Source: Nemertoderma westbladi (taxonomy: Eukaryota; Animalia; Xenacoelomorpha). From it: 64,000 bases of DNA. The position numbers and the translations under genes were made by a program. The notes beneath the pieces are model-generated. The model did not search any database, was not told the origin of the DNA, and saw only the letters and a list, made by a program, of their open reading frames with translations. Position 1 is the first letter of the stretch. Each line of letters begins with the position of its first letter. Where the stretch lies: assembly GCA_032718475.1 (NCBI GenBank), contig JAUCBJ010003075.1:1-64000 (forward strand), written 5' to 3'. Below, one piece after another: positions 15,001 to 30,000 of the stretch.

Positions 15001-18000
15001 TGTTGTAACTATGGAGACGGAACAGTGTCGCTTACCTGTGTTGTAACTGGATAAGGAACAGTGTCGCTTACCTACGTTGTAACCGATACGGAACAGTGTC
15101 GCTTACCTACGTTGTAACCGATACGGAACAGTGTCGCTTACCTGTGTTGTAACTGGTTACGGAACAGTGTCGCTTACCTGTGTTGTAACTGGAGGCGGAA
15201 CAGTGTCGCTTACCTGTGTTGTAACTATGGAGACGGAACAGTGTCGCTTACCTGTGTTGTAACTGGATACGGAACAGTGTCGCTTACCTACGTTGTAACC
15301 GATACGGAACAGTGTCGCTTACCTACGTTGTAACCGATACGGAACAGTGTCGCTTACCTGTGTTGTAACTGGTTTCGGAACAGTGTCGCTTACCTGTGTT
15401 GTAACTGGTTACGGAACAGTGTCGCTTACCTGTGTTGTAACTGATACGGAACAGTGTCGCTTACCTGTGTTGTAACTGGAGACGGAACAGTGTCGCTTAC
15501 CTGTGTTGTAACTGGAGGCGGAACAGTGTCGCTAACCTGTGTTGTAACTGGAGGCGGAATAGTGTCGTTTACCTGTGTTGTAACTGGTTACGGAACAGTG
15601 TCGCTTACCTGTGTTGTAACTGGAGACGGAACAGTGTCGCTTACCTGTGTTGTAACTGGAGACGGAACAGTGTCGCTTACCTACGTTGTAACCGATACGG
15701 AACAGTGTCGCTTACCTACGTTGTAACCGATACGGAACAGTGTCGCTTACCTACGTTGTAACCGATACGGAACAGTGTCGCTTACCTGTGTTGTAACTGG
15801 AGACGGAACAGTGTCGCTTACCTGTGTTGTAACTGATACGGAACAGTGTCGCTTACCTACGTTGTAACCGATACGGAACAGTGTCGCTTACCTACGTTGT
15901 AACCGATACGGAACAGTGTCGCTTACCTGTGTTGTAACTGGAGACGGAACAGTGTCGCTTACCTGTGTTGTAACTGATACGGAACAGTGTCGCTTACCTA
16001 CGTTGTAACCGATACGGAACAGTGTCGCTTACCTACGTTGTAACCGATACGGAACAGTGTCGCTTACCTACGTTGTAACCGATACGGAACAGTGTCGCTT
16101 ACCTACGTTGTAACCGATACGGAACAGTGTCGCTTACCTACGTTGTAACCGATACGGAAGAGTGTCGCTTACCTACGTTGTAACCGATACGGAACAGTGT
16201 CGCTTACCTACGTTGTAACCGATACGGAACAGTGTCGCTTACCTACGTTGTAACTGGTTTCGGAACAGTGTCGCTTACCTGTGTTGTAACTGGAGACGGA
16301 ACAGTGTCGCTTACCTACGTTGTAACTGGTTTCGGAACAGTGTCGCTTACCTGTGTTGTAACTGGTTTCGGAACAGTGTCGCTTACCTGTGTTGTAACTG
16401 GTTACGGAACAGTGTCGCTTACCTACGTTGTAACCGATACGGAACAGTGTCGCTTACCTACGTTGTAACCGATACGGAACAGTGTCGCTTACCTACGTTG
16501 TAACTGGTTTCGGAACAGTGTCGCTTACCTGTGTTGTAACTGGAGACGGAACAGTGTCGCTTACCTACGTTGTAACTGGTTTCGGAACAGTGTCGCTTAC
16601 CTGTGTTGTAACTGGTTTCGGAACAGTGTCGCTTACCTGTGTTGTAACTGGTTACGGAACAGTGTCGCTTACCTACGTTGTAACCGATACGGAACAGTGT
16701 CGCTTACCTACGTTGTAACCGATACGGAACAGTGTCGCTTACCTACGTTGTAACCGATACGGAACAGTGTCGCTTACCTACGTTGTAACCGATACGGAAC
16801 AGTGTCGCTTACCTACGTTGTAACCGATACGGAACAGTGTCGCTTACCTGTGTTGTAACTGGTTTCGGAACAGTGTCGCTTACCTGTGTTGTAACTGGTT
16901 ACGGAACAGTGTCGCTTACCTACGTTGTAACCGATACGGAACAGTGTCGCTTACCTGTGTTGTAACTATGGAGACGGAACAGTGTCGCTTACCTGTGTTG
17001 TAACTGGAGACGGAACAGTGTCGCTTACCTGTGTTGTAACTATGGAGACGGAACAGTGTCGCTTACCTGTGTTGTAACTGGAGACGGAACAGTGTCGCTT
17101 ACCTGTGTTGTAACTGGATACGGAACAGTGTCGCTTACCTGTGTTGTAACTGGTTACGGAACAGTGTCGCTTACCTACGTTGTAACCGATACGGAACAGT
17201 GTCGCTTACCTACGTTGTAACCGATACGGAACAGTGTCGCTTACCTACGTTGTAACCGATACGGAACAGTGTCGCTTACCTACGTTGTAACCGATACGGA
17301 ACAGTGTCGCTTACCTACGTTGTAACCGATACGGAACAGTGTCGCTTACCTGTGTTGTAACTGGTTTCGGAACAGTGTCGCTTACCTGTGTTGTAACTGG
17401 TTACGGAACAGTGTCGCTTACCTACGTTGTAACCGATACGGAACAGTGTCGCTTACCTGTGTTGTAACTATGGAGACGGAACAGTGTCGCTTACCTGTGT
17501 TGTAACTGGAGACGGAACAGTGTCGCTTACCTGTGTTGTAACTATGGAGACGGAACAGTGTCGCTTACCTGTGTTGTAACTGGAGACGGAACAGTGTCGC
17601 TTACCTGTGTTGTAACTGGATACGGAACAGTGTCGCTTACCTGTGTTGTAACTATGGAGACGGAACAGTGTCGCTTACCTGTGTTGTAACTATGGAGACG
17701 GAACAGTGTCGCTTACCTGTGTTGTAACTATGGAGACGGAACAGTGTCGCTTACCTACGTTGTAACTGGTTTCGGAACAGTGTCGCTTACCTACGTTGTA
17801 ACTGATACGGAACAGTGTCGCTTACCTACGTTGTAACCGATACGGAACAGTGTCGCTTACCTGTGTTGTAACTGGTTTCGGAACAGTGTCGCTTACCTGT
17901 GTTGTAACTGGTTACGGAACAGTGTCGCTTACCTGTGTTGTAACTGGTTTCGGAACAGTGTCGCTTACCTGTGTTGTAACTGGAGACGGAACAGTGTCGC

Positions 18001-21000
18001 TTACCTGTGTTGTAACTGGAGACGGAACAGTGTCGCTTACCTGTGTTGTAACTGGTTTCGGAACAGTGTCGTTTACCTGTGTTGTAACTGGTTTCGGAAC
18101 AGTGTCGCTTACCTGTGTTGTAACTGGTTACGGAACAGTGTCGCTTACCTACGTTGTAACCGATACGGAACAGTGTCGCTTACCTGTGTTGTAACTGATA
18201 CGGAACTGTGTCGCTTACCTGTGTTGTAACTGGTTACGGAACAGTGTCGCTTACCTGTGTTGTAACTGGTTTCGGAACAGTGTCGTTTACCTGTGTTGTA
18301 ACTGGTTTCGGAACAGTGTCGCTTACCTGTGTTGTAACTGGTTACGGAACAGTGTCGCTTACCTACGTTGTAACCGATACGGAACAGTGTCGCTTACCTA
18401 CGTTGTAACTGATACGGAACAGTGTCGCTTACCTACGTTGTAACCGATACGGAACAGTGTCGCTTACCTACGTTGTAACCGATACGGAACAGTGTCGCTT
18501 ACCTACGTTGTAACCGATACGGAACAGTGTCGCTTACCTACGTTGTAACCGATACGGAACAGTGTCGCTTACCTGTGTTGTAACTGGTTTCGGAACAGTG
18601 TCGCTTACCTGTGTTGTAACTGGTTACGGAACAGTGTCGCTTACCTGTGTTGTAACTGGAGACGGAACAGTGTCGCTTACCTGTGTTGTAACTGGAGACG
18701 GAACAGTGTCGCTTACCTGTGTTGTAACTGGAGACGGAACAGTGTCGCTTACCTACGTTGTAACCGATACGGAACAGTGTCGCTTACCTACGTTGTAACC
18801 GATACGGAACAGTGTCGCTTACCTACGTTGTAACCGATACGGAACAGTGTCGCTTACCTACGTTGTAACCGATACGGAACAGTGTCGCTTACCTGTGTTG
18901 TAACTGGTTTCGGAACAGTGTCGCTTACCTGTGTTGTAACTGGTTACGGAACAGTGTCGCTTACCTGTGTTGTAACTGGTTTCGGAACAGTGTCGCTTAC
19001 CTGTGTTGTAACTGGTTACGGAACAGTGTCGCTTACCTGTGTTGTAACTGGTTTCGGAACAGTGTCGTTTACCTGTGTTGTAACTGGTTTCGGAACAGTG
19101 TCGCTTACCTGTGTTGTAACTGGTTACGGAACAGTGTCGCTTACCTACGTTGTAACCGATACGGAACAGTGTCGCTTACCTACGTTGTAACTGATACGGA
19201 ACAGTGTCGCTTACCTACGTTGTAACCGATACGGAACAGTGTCGCTTACCTACGTTGTAACCGATACGGAACAGTGTCGCTTACCTACGTTGTAACCGAT
19301 ACGGAACAGTGTCGCTTACCTGTTTTGTAACTATGGAGACGGAACAGTGTCGCTTACCTGTGTTGTAACTGGTTTCGGAACAGTGTCGCTTACCTGTGTT
19401 GTAACTGGTTACGGAACAGTGTCGCTTACCTACGTTGTAACCGATACGGAACAGTGTCGCTTACCTACGTTGTAACCGATACGGAACAGTGTCGCTTACC
19501 TACGTTGTAACCGATACGGAACAGTGTCGCTTACCTGTGTTGTAACTGATACGGAACAGTGTCGCTTACCTACGTTGTAACCGATACGGAACAGTGTCGC
19601 TTACCTGTTTTGTAACTGGAGACGGAACAGTGTCGCTTACCTGTGTTCTAACTGGAGACGGAACAGTGTCGCTTACCTGTGTTGTAACTGGTTTCGGAAC
19701 AGTGTCGCTTACCTGTGTTGTAACTGGTTACGGAACAGTGTCGCTTACCTACGTTGTAACCAATACGGAACAGTGTCGCTTACCTGTGTTGTAACCGATA
19801 CGGAACAGTGTCGCTTACCTACGTTGTAACCGATACGGAACAGTGTCGCTTACCTGTGTTGTAACTGGTTTCGGAACAGTGTCGCTTACCTGTGTTGTAA
19901 CCGATACGGAACAGTGTCGCTTACCTGTGTTGTAACTATGGAGACGGAACAGTGTCGCTTACCTGTGTTGTAACTGGAGACGGAACAGTGTCGCTTACCT
20001 GTGTTGTAACTATGGAGACGGAACAGTGTCGCTTACCTGTGTTGTAACTGGAGACGGAACAGTGTCGCTTACCTGTGTTGTAACTGGATACGGAACAGTG
20101 TCGCTTACCTGTGTTGTAACTGGAGACGGAACAGTGTCGCTTACCTGTGTTGTAACTGGTTTCGGAACAGTGTCGCTTACCTGTGTTGTAACTGGTTACG
20201 GAACAGTGTCGCTTACCTACGTTGTAACCAATACGGAACAGTGTCGCTTACCTGTGTTGTAACCGATACGGAACAGTGTCGCTTACCTACGTTGTAACCG
20301 ATACGGAACAGTGTCGCTTACCTGTGTTGTAACTGGTTTCGGAACAGTGTCGCTTACCTGTGTTGTAACCGATACGGAACAGTGTCGCTTACCTGTGTTG
20401 TAACTATGGAGACGGAACAGTGTCGCTTACCTGTGTTGTAACTGGAGACGGAACAGTGTCGCTTACCTGTGTTGTAACTATGGAGACGGAACAGTGTCGC
20501 TTACCTGTGTTGTAACTGGAGACGGAACAGTGTCGCTTACCTGTGTTGTAACTGGATACGGAACAGTGTCGCTTACCTGTGTTGTAACTATGGAGACGGA
20601 ACAGTGTCGCTTACCTGTGTTGTAACTATGGAGACGGAACAGTGTCGCTTACCTACGTTGTAACTGGTTTCGGAACAGTGTCGCTTACCTACGTTGTAAC
20701 TGATACGGAACAGTGTCGCTTACCTACGTTGTAACTGATACGGAACAGTGTCGCTTACCTACGTTGTAACTGGATACGGAACAGTGTCGCTTACCTACGT
20801 TGTAACCGATACGGAACAGTGTCGCTTACCTACGTTGTAACCGATACGGAACAGTGTCGCTTACCTGTGTTGTAACTGGTTTCGGAACAGTGTCGCTTAC
20901 CTGTGTTGTAACTGGTTACGGAACAGTGTCGCTTACCTGTGTTGTAACTGGTTTCGGAACAGTGTCGCTTACCTGTGTTGTAACTGGTTACGGAACAGTG

Positions 21001-24000
21001 TCGCTTACCTGTGTTGTAACTGGTTTCGGAACAGTGTCGTTTACCTGTGTTGTAACTGGTTTCGGAACAGTGTCGCTTACCTGTGTTGTAACTGGTTACG
21101 GAACAGTGTCGCTTACCTACGTTGTAACCGATACGGAACAGTGTCGCTTACCTACGTTGTAACCGATACGGAACAGTGTCGCTTACCTACGTTGTAACCG
21201 ATACGGAACAGTGTCGCTTACCTGTTTTGTAACTGATACGGAACTGTGTCGCTTACCTGTGTTCTAACTGGAGACGGAACAGTGTCGCTTACCTGTGTTG
21301 TAACTGAGGCGGAACAGTGTCGCTTACCTATGTTGTAACTGGTTACGGAACAGTGTCGCTTACCTGTGTTGTAACTGGAGACGGAACAGTGTCGCTTACC
21401 TGTGTTGTAACTGGTTTCGGAACAGTGTCGCTTACCTGTGTTGTAACTGGTTACGGAACAGTGTCGCTTACCTACGTTGTAACCGATACGGAACAGTGTC
21501 GCTTACCTACGTTGTAACCGATACGGAACAGTGTCGCTTACCTACGTTGTAACCGATACGGAACAGTGTCGCTTACCTACGTTGTAACCGATACGGAACA
21601 GTGTCGCTTACCTACGTTGTAACCGATACGGAACAGTGTCGCTTACCTACGTTGTAACCGATACGGAACAGTGTCGCTTACCTGTTTTGTAACTATGGAG
21701 ACGGAACAGTGTCGCTTACCTGTGTTGTAACTGGTTTCGGAACAGTGTCGCTTACCTGTGTTGTAACTGGTTACGGAACAGTGTCGCTTACCTACGTTGT
21801 AACCGATACGGAACAGTGTCGCTTACCTGTGTTGTAACTGGAGACGGAACAGTGTCGCTTACCTACGTTGTAACCGATACGGAACAGTGTCGCTTACCTA
21901 CGTTGTAACCGATACGGAACAGTGTCGCTTACCTGTTTTGTAACTATGGAGACGGAACAGTGTCGCTTACCTGTGTTGTAACTGGTTTCGGAACAGTGTC
22001 GCTTACCTGTGTTGTAACTGGTTACGGAACAGTGTCGCTTACCTACGTTGTAACCGATACGGAACAGTGTCGCTTACCTGTGTTCTAACTGGAGACGGAA
22101 CAGTGTCGCTTACCTGTGTTGTAACTGAGGCGGAACAGTGTCGCTTACCTATGTTGTAACTGGTTACGGAACAGTGTCGCTTACCTGTGTTGTAACTGGA
22201 GACGGAACAGTGTCGCTTACCTGTGTTGTAACTGGTTTCGGAACAGTGTCGCTTACCTGTGTTGTAACTGGTTACGGAACAGTGTCGCTTACCTACGTTG
22301 TAACCGATACGGAACAGTGTCGCTTACCTACGTTGTAACCGATACGGAACAGTGTCGCTTACCTGTGTTGTAACTGGTTTCGGAACAGTGTCGCTTACCT
22401 GTGTTGTAACCGATACGGAACAGTGTCGCTTACCTACGTTGTAACCGATACGGAACAGTGTCGCTTACCTGTGTTGTAACTGGATAAGGAACAGTGTCGC
22501 TTACCTACGTTGTAACCGATACGGAACAGTGTCGCTTACCTGTGTTGTAACTGATACGGAACCGTGTCGCTTACCTGTGTTGTAACTGGAGACGGAACAG
22601 TGTCGCTTACCTGTGTTGTAACTATGGAGACGGAACAGTGTCGCTTACCTGTGTTGTAACTGGTTACGGAACAGTGTCGCTTACCTACGTTGTAACCGAT
22701 ACGGAACAGTGTCGCTTACCTGTGTTGTAACTGATACGGAACCGTGTCGCTTACCTGTGTTGTAACTGGAGACGGAACAGTGTCGCTTACCTGTGTTGTA
22801 ACTATGGAGACGGAACAGTGTCGCTTACCTGTGTTGTAACTGGATACGGAACAGTGTCGCTTACCTACGTTGTAACTGGTTACGGAACAGTGTCGCTTAC
22901 CTGTGTTGTAACTGGAGACGGAACAGTGTCGCTTACCTGTGTTGTAACTATGGAGACGGAACAGTGTCGCTTACCTGTGTTGTAACCGATACGGAACAGT
23001 GTCGCTTACCTGTGTTGTAACTGGAGACGGAACAGTGTCGCTTACCTACGTTGTAACTGGTTTCGGAACAGTGTCGCTTACCTACGTTGTAACCGATACG
23101 GAACAGTGTCGCTTACCTGTGTTGTAACTGATACGGAACAGTGTCGCTTACCTGTGTTGTAACTATGGAGACGGAACAGTGTCGCTTACCTGTGTTGTAA
23201 CTATGGAGACGGAACAGTGTCGCTTACCTGTGTTGTAACCGATACGGAACAGTGTCGCTTACCTGTGTTGTAACCGATACGGAACAGTGTCGCTTACCTA
23301 CGTTGTAACCGATACGGAACAGTGTCGCTTACCTGTGTTGTAACTGGAGACGGAACAGTGTCGCTTACCTGTGTTGTAACTATGGAGACGGAACAGTGTC
23401 GCTTACCTGTGTTGTAACCGATACGGAACAGTGTCGCTTACCTGTGTTGTAACCGATACGGAACAGTGTCGCTTACCTACGTTGTAACCGATACGGAACA
23501 GTGTCGCTTACCTGTGTTGTAACTGGAGACGGAACAGTGTCGCTTACCTACGTTGTAACCGATACGGAACAGTGTCGCTTACCTGTGTTGTAACTGGAGA
23601 CGGAACAGTGTCGCTTACCTGTGTTGTAACTATGGAGACGGAACAGTGTCGCTTACCTGTGTTGTAACCGATACGGAACAGTGTCGCTTACCTGTGTTGT
23701 AACCGATACGGAACAGTGTCGCTTACCTACGTTGTAACCGATACGGAACAGTGTCGCTTACCTGTGTTGTAACTGGAGACGGAACAGTGTCGCTTACCTG
23801 TGTTGTAACTATGGAGACGGAACAGTGTCGCTTACCTGTGTTGTAACCGATACGGAACAGTGTCGCTTACCTGTGTTGTAACCGATACGGAACAGTGTCG
23901 CTTACCTACGTTGTAACCGATACGGAACAGTGTCGCTTACCTGTGTTGTAACTGGAGACGGAACAGTGTCGCTTACCTGTGTTGTAACTATGGAGACGGA

Positions 24001-27000
24001 ACAGTGTCGCTTACCTGTGTTGTAACTGGAGACGGAACAGTGTCGCTTACCTACGTTGTAACCGATACGGAACAGTGTCGCTTACCTACGTTGTAACCGA
24101 TACGGAACAGTGTCGCTTACCTGTGTTGTAACTGGAGACGGAACAGTGTCGCTTACCTACGTTGTAACCGATACGGAACAGTGTCGCTTACCTGTGTTGT
24201 AACTGGTTTCGGAACAGTGTCGCTTACCTGTGTTGTAACTGGAGGCGGAACAGTGTCGCTTACCTGTGTTGTAACTGATACGGAACAGTGTCGCTTACCT
24301 GTGTTGTAACTGGAGACGGAACAGTGTCGCTTACCTGTGTTGTAACTGGAGGCGGAACAGTGTCGCTTACCTGTGTTGTTACTGGTTTACGGAACAGTGT
24401 CTCTTACCTGTGTTGTAACTGGAGACGGAACAGTGTCGCTTACCTGTGTTGTAACTGGTTACGGAACAGTGTCGCTTACCTGTGTTGTAACTGATACGGA
24501 ACAGTGTCGCTTACCTGTGTTGTAACTGGAGACGGAACAGTGTCGCTTACCTGTGTTGTAACTGGAGGCGGAACAGTGTCGCTAACCTGTGTTGTAACTG
24601 GAGGCGGAATAGTGTCGTTTACCTGTGTTGTAACTGGTTACGGAACAGTGTCGCTTACCTGTGTTGTAACTGGAGACGGAACAGTGTCGCTTACCTGTGT
24701 TGTAACTATGGAGACGGAACAGTGTCGCTTACCTACGTTGTAACTGGTTTCGGAACAGTGTCGCTTACCTGTGTTGTAACTGGAGACGGAACAGTGTCGC
24801 TTACCTACGTTGTAACCGATACGGAACAGTGTCGCTTACCTACGTTGTAACTGATACGGAACAGTGTCGCTTACCTACGTTGTAACCGATACGGAACAGT
24901 GTCGCTTACCTGTGTTGTAACTGGTTTCGGAACAGTGTCGCTTACCTGTGTTGTAACTGGTTACGGAACAGTGTCGCTTACCTACGTTGTAACCGATACG
25001 GAACAGTGTCGCTTACCTACGTTGTAACCGATACGGAACAGTGTCGCTTACCTACGTTGTAACCGATACGGAACAGTGTCGCTTACCTGTGTTGTAACTG
25101 GTTTCGGAACAGTGTCGCTTACCTGTGTTGTAACTGGTTACGGAACAGTGTCGCTTACCTACGTTGTAACCGATACGGAACAGTGTCGCTTACCTACGTT
25201 GTAACTGGTTTCGGAACAGTGTCGCTTACCTACGTTGTAACCGATACGGAACAGTGTCGCTTACCTACGTTGTAACCGATACGGAACAGTGTCGCTTACC
25301 TACGTTGTAACTGGTTTCGGAACAGTGTCGCTTACCTACGTTGTAACCGATACGGAACAGTGTCGCTTACCTACGTTGTAACCGATACGGAACAGTGTCG
25401 CTTACCTACGTTGTAACTGGTTTCGGAACAGTGTCGCTTACCTACGTTGTAACCGATACGGAACAGTGTCGCTTACCTGTGTTGTAACTGGTTACGGAAC
25501 AGTGTCGCTTACCTACGTTGTAACCGATACGGAACAGTGTCGCTTACCTACGTTGTAACTGGTTTCGGAACAGTGTCGCTTACCTACGTTGTAACCGATA
25601 CGGAACAGTGTCGCTTACCTGTGTTGTAACTGATACGGAACAGTGTCGCTTACCTGTGTTGTAACTGGTTTCGGAACAGTGTCGCTTACCTGTGTTGTAA
25701 CTGGTTACGGAACAGTGTCGCTTACCTGTGTTGTAACTGGTTTCGGAACAGTGTCGCTTACCTGTGTTGTAACTGATACGGAACAGTGTCGCTTACCTGT
25801 GTTGTAACTGGAGACGGAACAGTGTCGCTTACCTGTGTTGTAACTGGAGGCGGAACAGTGTCGCTAACCTGTGTTGTAACTGGAGGCGGAATAGTGTCGT
25901 TTACCTGTGTTGTAACTGGTTACGGAACAGTGTCGCTTACCTGCGTTGTAACTGATACGGAACAGTGTCGCTTACCTGTGTTGTAACTGGAGACGGAACA
26001 GTGTCGCTTACCTACGTTGTAACCGATACGGAACAGTGTCGCTTACCTACGTTGTAACCGATACGGAACAGTGTCGCTTACCTACGTTGTAACCGATACG
26101 GAACAGTGTCGCTTACCTGTGTTGTAACTGGAGACGGAACAGTGTCGCTTACCTGTGTTGTAACTATGGAGACGGAACAGTGTCGCTTACCTGTGTTGTA
26201 ACTGATACGGAACAGTGTCGCTTACCTGTGTTGTAACTGGAGGTGGAACAGTGTCTCTTACCTGTGTTGTAACTGGAGACGGAACAGTGTCGCTTACCTG
26301 TGTTGTAACTGGAGACGGAACAGTGTCGCTTACCTGTGTTGTAACTGGAGACGGAACAGTGTCGCTTACCTGTGTTGTAACTGAGACGGAATAGTGTCGT
26401 TTACCTGTGTTGTAACTGGTTACGGAACAGTGTCGCTTACCTGTGTTGTAACTGGAGACGGAACAGTGTCGCTTACCTACGTTGTAACCGATACGGAACA
26501 GTGTCGCTTACCTACGTTGTAACCGATACGGAACAGTGTCGCTTACCTGTGTTGTAACTGAGACGGAACAGTGTCGCTTACCTGTGTTGTAACTGGTTTC
26601 GGAACAGTGTCGCTTACCTGTGTTGTAACTGGTTTCGGAACAGTGTCGCTTACCTGTGTTGTAACTGGTTACGGAACAGTGTCGCTTACCTGTGTTGTAA
26701 CTGGAGACGGAACAGTGTCGCTTACCTACGTTGTAACCGATACGGAACAGTGTCGCTTACCTGTGTTGTAACTGGAGACGGAACAGTGTCGCTTACCTGT
26801 GTTGTAACTGATACGGAACAGTGTCGCTTACCTGTGTTGTAACTGGTTTCGGAACAGTGTCGCTTACCTGTGTTGTAACTGATACGGAACAGTGTCGCTT
26901 ACCTGTGTTGTAACTGGAGACGGAACAGTGTCGCTTACCTGTGTTGTAACTGATACGGAACAGTGTCGCTTACCTGTGTTGTAACTGATACGGAACTGTG

Positions 27001-30000
27001 TCGCTTACCTGTGTTGTAACTGGAGACGGAACAGTGTCGCTTATCTGTGCTGTAACTGGAGACGGAACAGTGTCGCTTACCTGTGTTGTAACCGATACGG
27101 AACAGTGTCGCTTACCTGTGTTGTAACTGGTTTCGGAACAGTGTCGCTTACCTGTGTTGTAACTGATACGGAACAGTGTCGCTTACCTGTGTTGTAACTG
27201 GAGACGGAACAGTGTCGCTTACCTACGTTGTAACTGATACGGAACAGTGTCGCTTACCTACGTTGTAACCGATACGGAACAGTGTCGCTTACCTACGTTG
27301 TAACCGATACGGAACAGTGTCGCTTACCTGTGTTGTAACTGGTTACGGAACAGTGTCGCTTACCTGTGTTGTAACTGGAGACGGAACAGTGTCGCTTACC
27401 TGTGTTGTAACTGGATACGGAACAGTGCCGCTTACCTGTGTTGTAACTGATACGGAACAGTGTCGCTTACCTACGTTGTAACCGATACGGAACAGTGTCG
27501 CTTACCTACGTTGTAACCGATACGGAACAGTGTCGCTTACCTGTGTTGTAACTGGTTTCGGAACAGTGTCGCTTACCTGTGTTGTAACTGGTTTCGGAAC
27601 AGTGTCGCTTACCTGTGTTGTAACTGGTTACGGAACAGTGTCGCTTACCTGTGTTGTAACTATGGAGACGGAACAGTGTCGCTTACCTGTGTTGTAACTG
27701 GAGACGGAACAGTGTCGCTTACCTGTGTTGTAACTATGGAGACGGAACAGTGTCGCTTACCTGTGTTGTAACCGATACGGAACAGTGTCGCTTACCTGTG
27801 TTGTAACTGGAGACGGAACAGTGTCGCTTACCTACGTTGTAACTGATACGGAACAGTGTCGCTTACCTACGTTGTAACTGATACGGAACAGTGTCGCTTA
27901 CCTACGTTGTAACCGATACGGAACAGTGTCGCTTACCTGTTTTGTAACTGGAGACGGAACAGTGTCGCTTACCTACGTTGTAACTGATACGGAACAGTGT
28001 CGCTTACCTGTTTTGTAACTGGAGACGGAACAGTGTCGCTTACCTACGTTGTAACTGATACGGAACAGTGTCGCTTACCTGTTTTGTAACTGGAGACGGA
28101 ACAGTGTCGCTTACCTACGTTGTAACCGATACGGAACAGTGTCGCTTACCTACGTTGTAACTGATACGGAACAGTGTCGCTTACCTGTTTTGTAACTGGA
28201 GACGGAACAGTGTCGCTTACCTACGTTGTAACCGATACGGAACAGTGTCGCTTACCTGTGTTGTAACTGATACGGAACAGTGTCGCTTACCTACGTTGTA
28301 ACCGATACGGAACAGTGTCGCTTACCTGTGTTGTAACTATGGAGACGGAACAGTGTCGCTTACCTGTGTTGTAACTGGAGACGGAACAGTGTCGCTTACC
28401 TGTGTTGTAACTGGAGGCGGAACAGTGTCGCTTACCTGTGTTGTAACTGGAGACGGAACAGTGTCGCTTACCTACGTTGTAACCGATACGGAACAGTGTC
28501 GCTTACCTACGTTGTAACCGATACGGAACAGTGTCGCTTACCTGTGTTGTAACTGGTTACGGAACAGTGTCGCTTACCTACGTTGTAACTGATACGGAAC
28601 AGTGTCGCTTACCTGTGTTGTAACTGGTTACGGAACAGTGTCGCTTACCTACGTTGTAACTGGTTTCGGAACAGTGTCGCTTACCTGTGTTGTAACTGGT
28701 TACGGAACAGTGTCGCTTACCTACGTTGTAACTGATACGGAACAGTGTCGCTTACCTGTATTGTAACTGATACGGAACTGTGTCGCTTACCTGTGTTGTA
28801 ACTATGGAGACGGAACAGTGTCGCTTACCTGTGTTGTAACTGGAGACGGAACAGTGTCGCTTACCTGTGTTGTAACTATGGAGACGGAACAGTGTCGCTT
28901 ACCTGTGTTGTAACCGATACGGAACAGTGTCGCTTACCTGTGTTGTAACTGGAGACGGAACAGTGTCGCTTACCTACGTTGTAACTGATACGGAACAGTG
29001 TCGCTTACCTACGTTGTAACTGATACGGAACAGTGTCGCTTACCTACGTTGTAACTGATACGGAACAGTGTCGCTTACCTACGTTGTAACCGATACGGAA
29101 CAGTGTCGCTTACCTGTGTTGTAACTATGGAGACGGAACAGTGTCGCTTACCTGTGTTGTAACTGGAGACGGAACAGTGTCGCTTACCTGTGTTGTAACT
29201 GGAGGCGGAACAGTGTCGCTTACCTGTGTTGTAACTGGAGACGGAACAGTGTCGCTTACCTACGTTGTAACCGATACGGAACAGTGTCGCTTACCTACGT
29301 TGTAACCGATACGGAACAGTGTCGCTTACCTACGTTGTAACCGATACGGAACAGTGTCGCTTACCTGTGTTGTAACTATGGAGACGGAACAGTGTCGCTT
29401 ACCTGTGTTGTAACTGGAGACGGAACAGTGTCGCTTACCTATGTTGTAACTGATACGGAACAGTGTCGCTTACCTGTGTTGTAACTGGAGACGGAACAGT
29501 GTCGCTTACCTGTGTTGTAACTGGATACGGAACAGTGTCGCTTACCTGTGTTGTAACTGATACGGAACAGTGTCGCTTACCTGTGTTGTAACTGGAGACG
29601 GAACAGTGTCGCTTACCTGTGTTGTAACTGATACGGAACAGTGTCGCTTACCTGTGTTGTAACTGATACGGAACAGTGTCGCTTACCTACGTTGTAACTG
29701 ATACGGAACTGTGTCGCTTACCTGTGTTGTAACTGGAGACGGAACAGTGTCGCTTACCTGTGTTGTAACTGGAGACGGAACAGTGTCGCTTACCTACGTT
29801 GTAACTGGAGACGGAACAGTGTCGCTTACCTACGTTGTAACTGGAGACGGAACAGTGTCGCTCACCTACGTTGTAACTGATACGGAACAGTGTCGCTTAC
29901 CTGTGTTGTAACCGATACGGAACAGTGTCGCTTACCTGTGTTGTAACTGGAGACGGAACAGTGTCGCTTACCTACGTTGTAACTGGAGACGGAACAGTGT

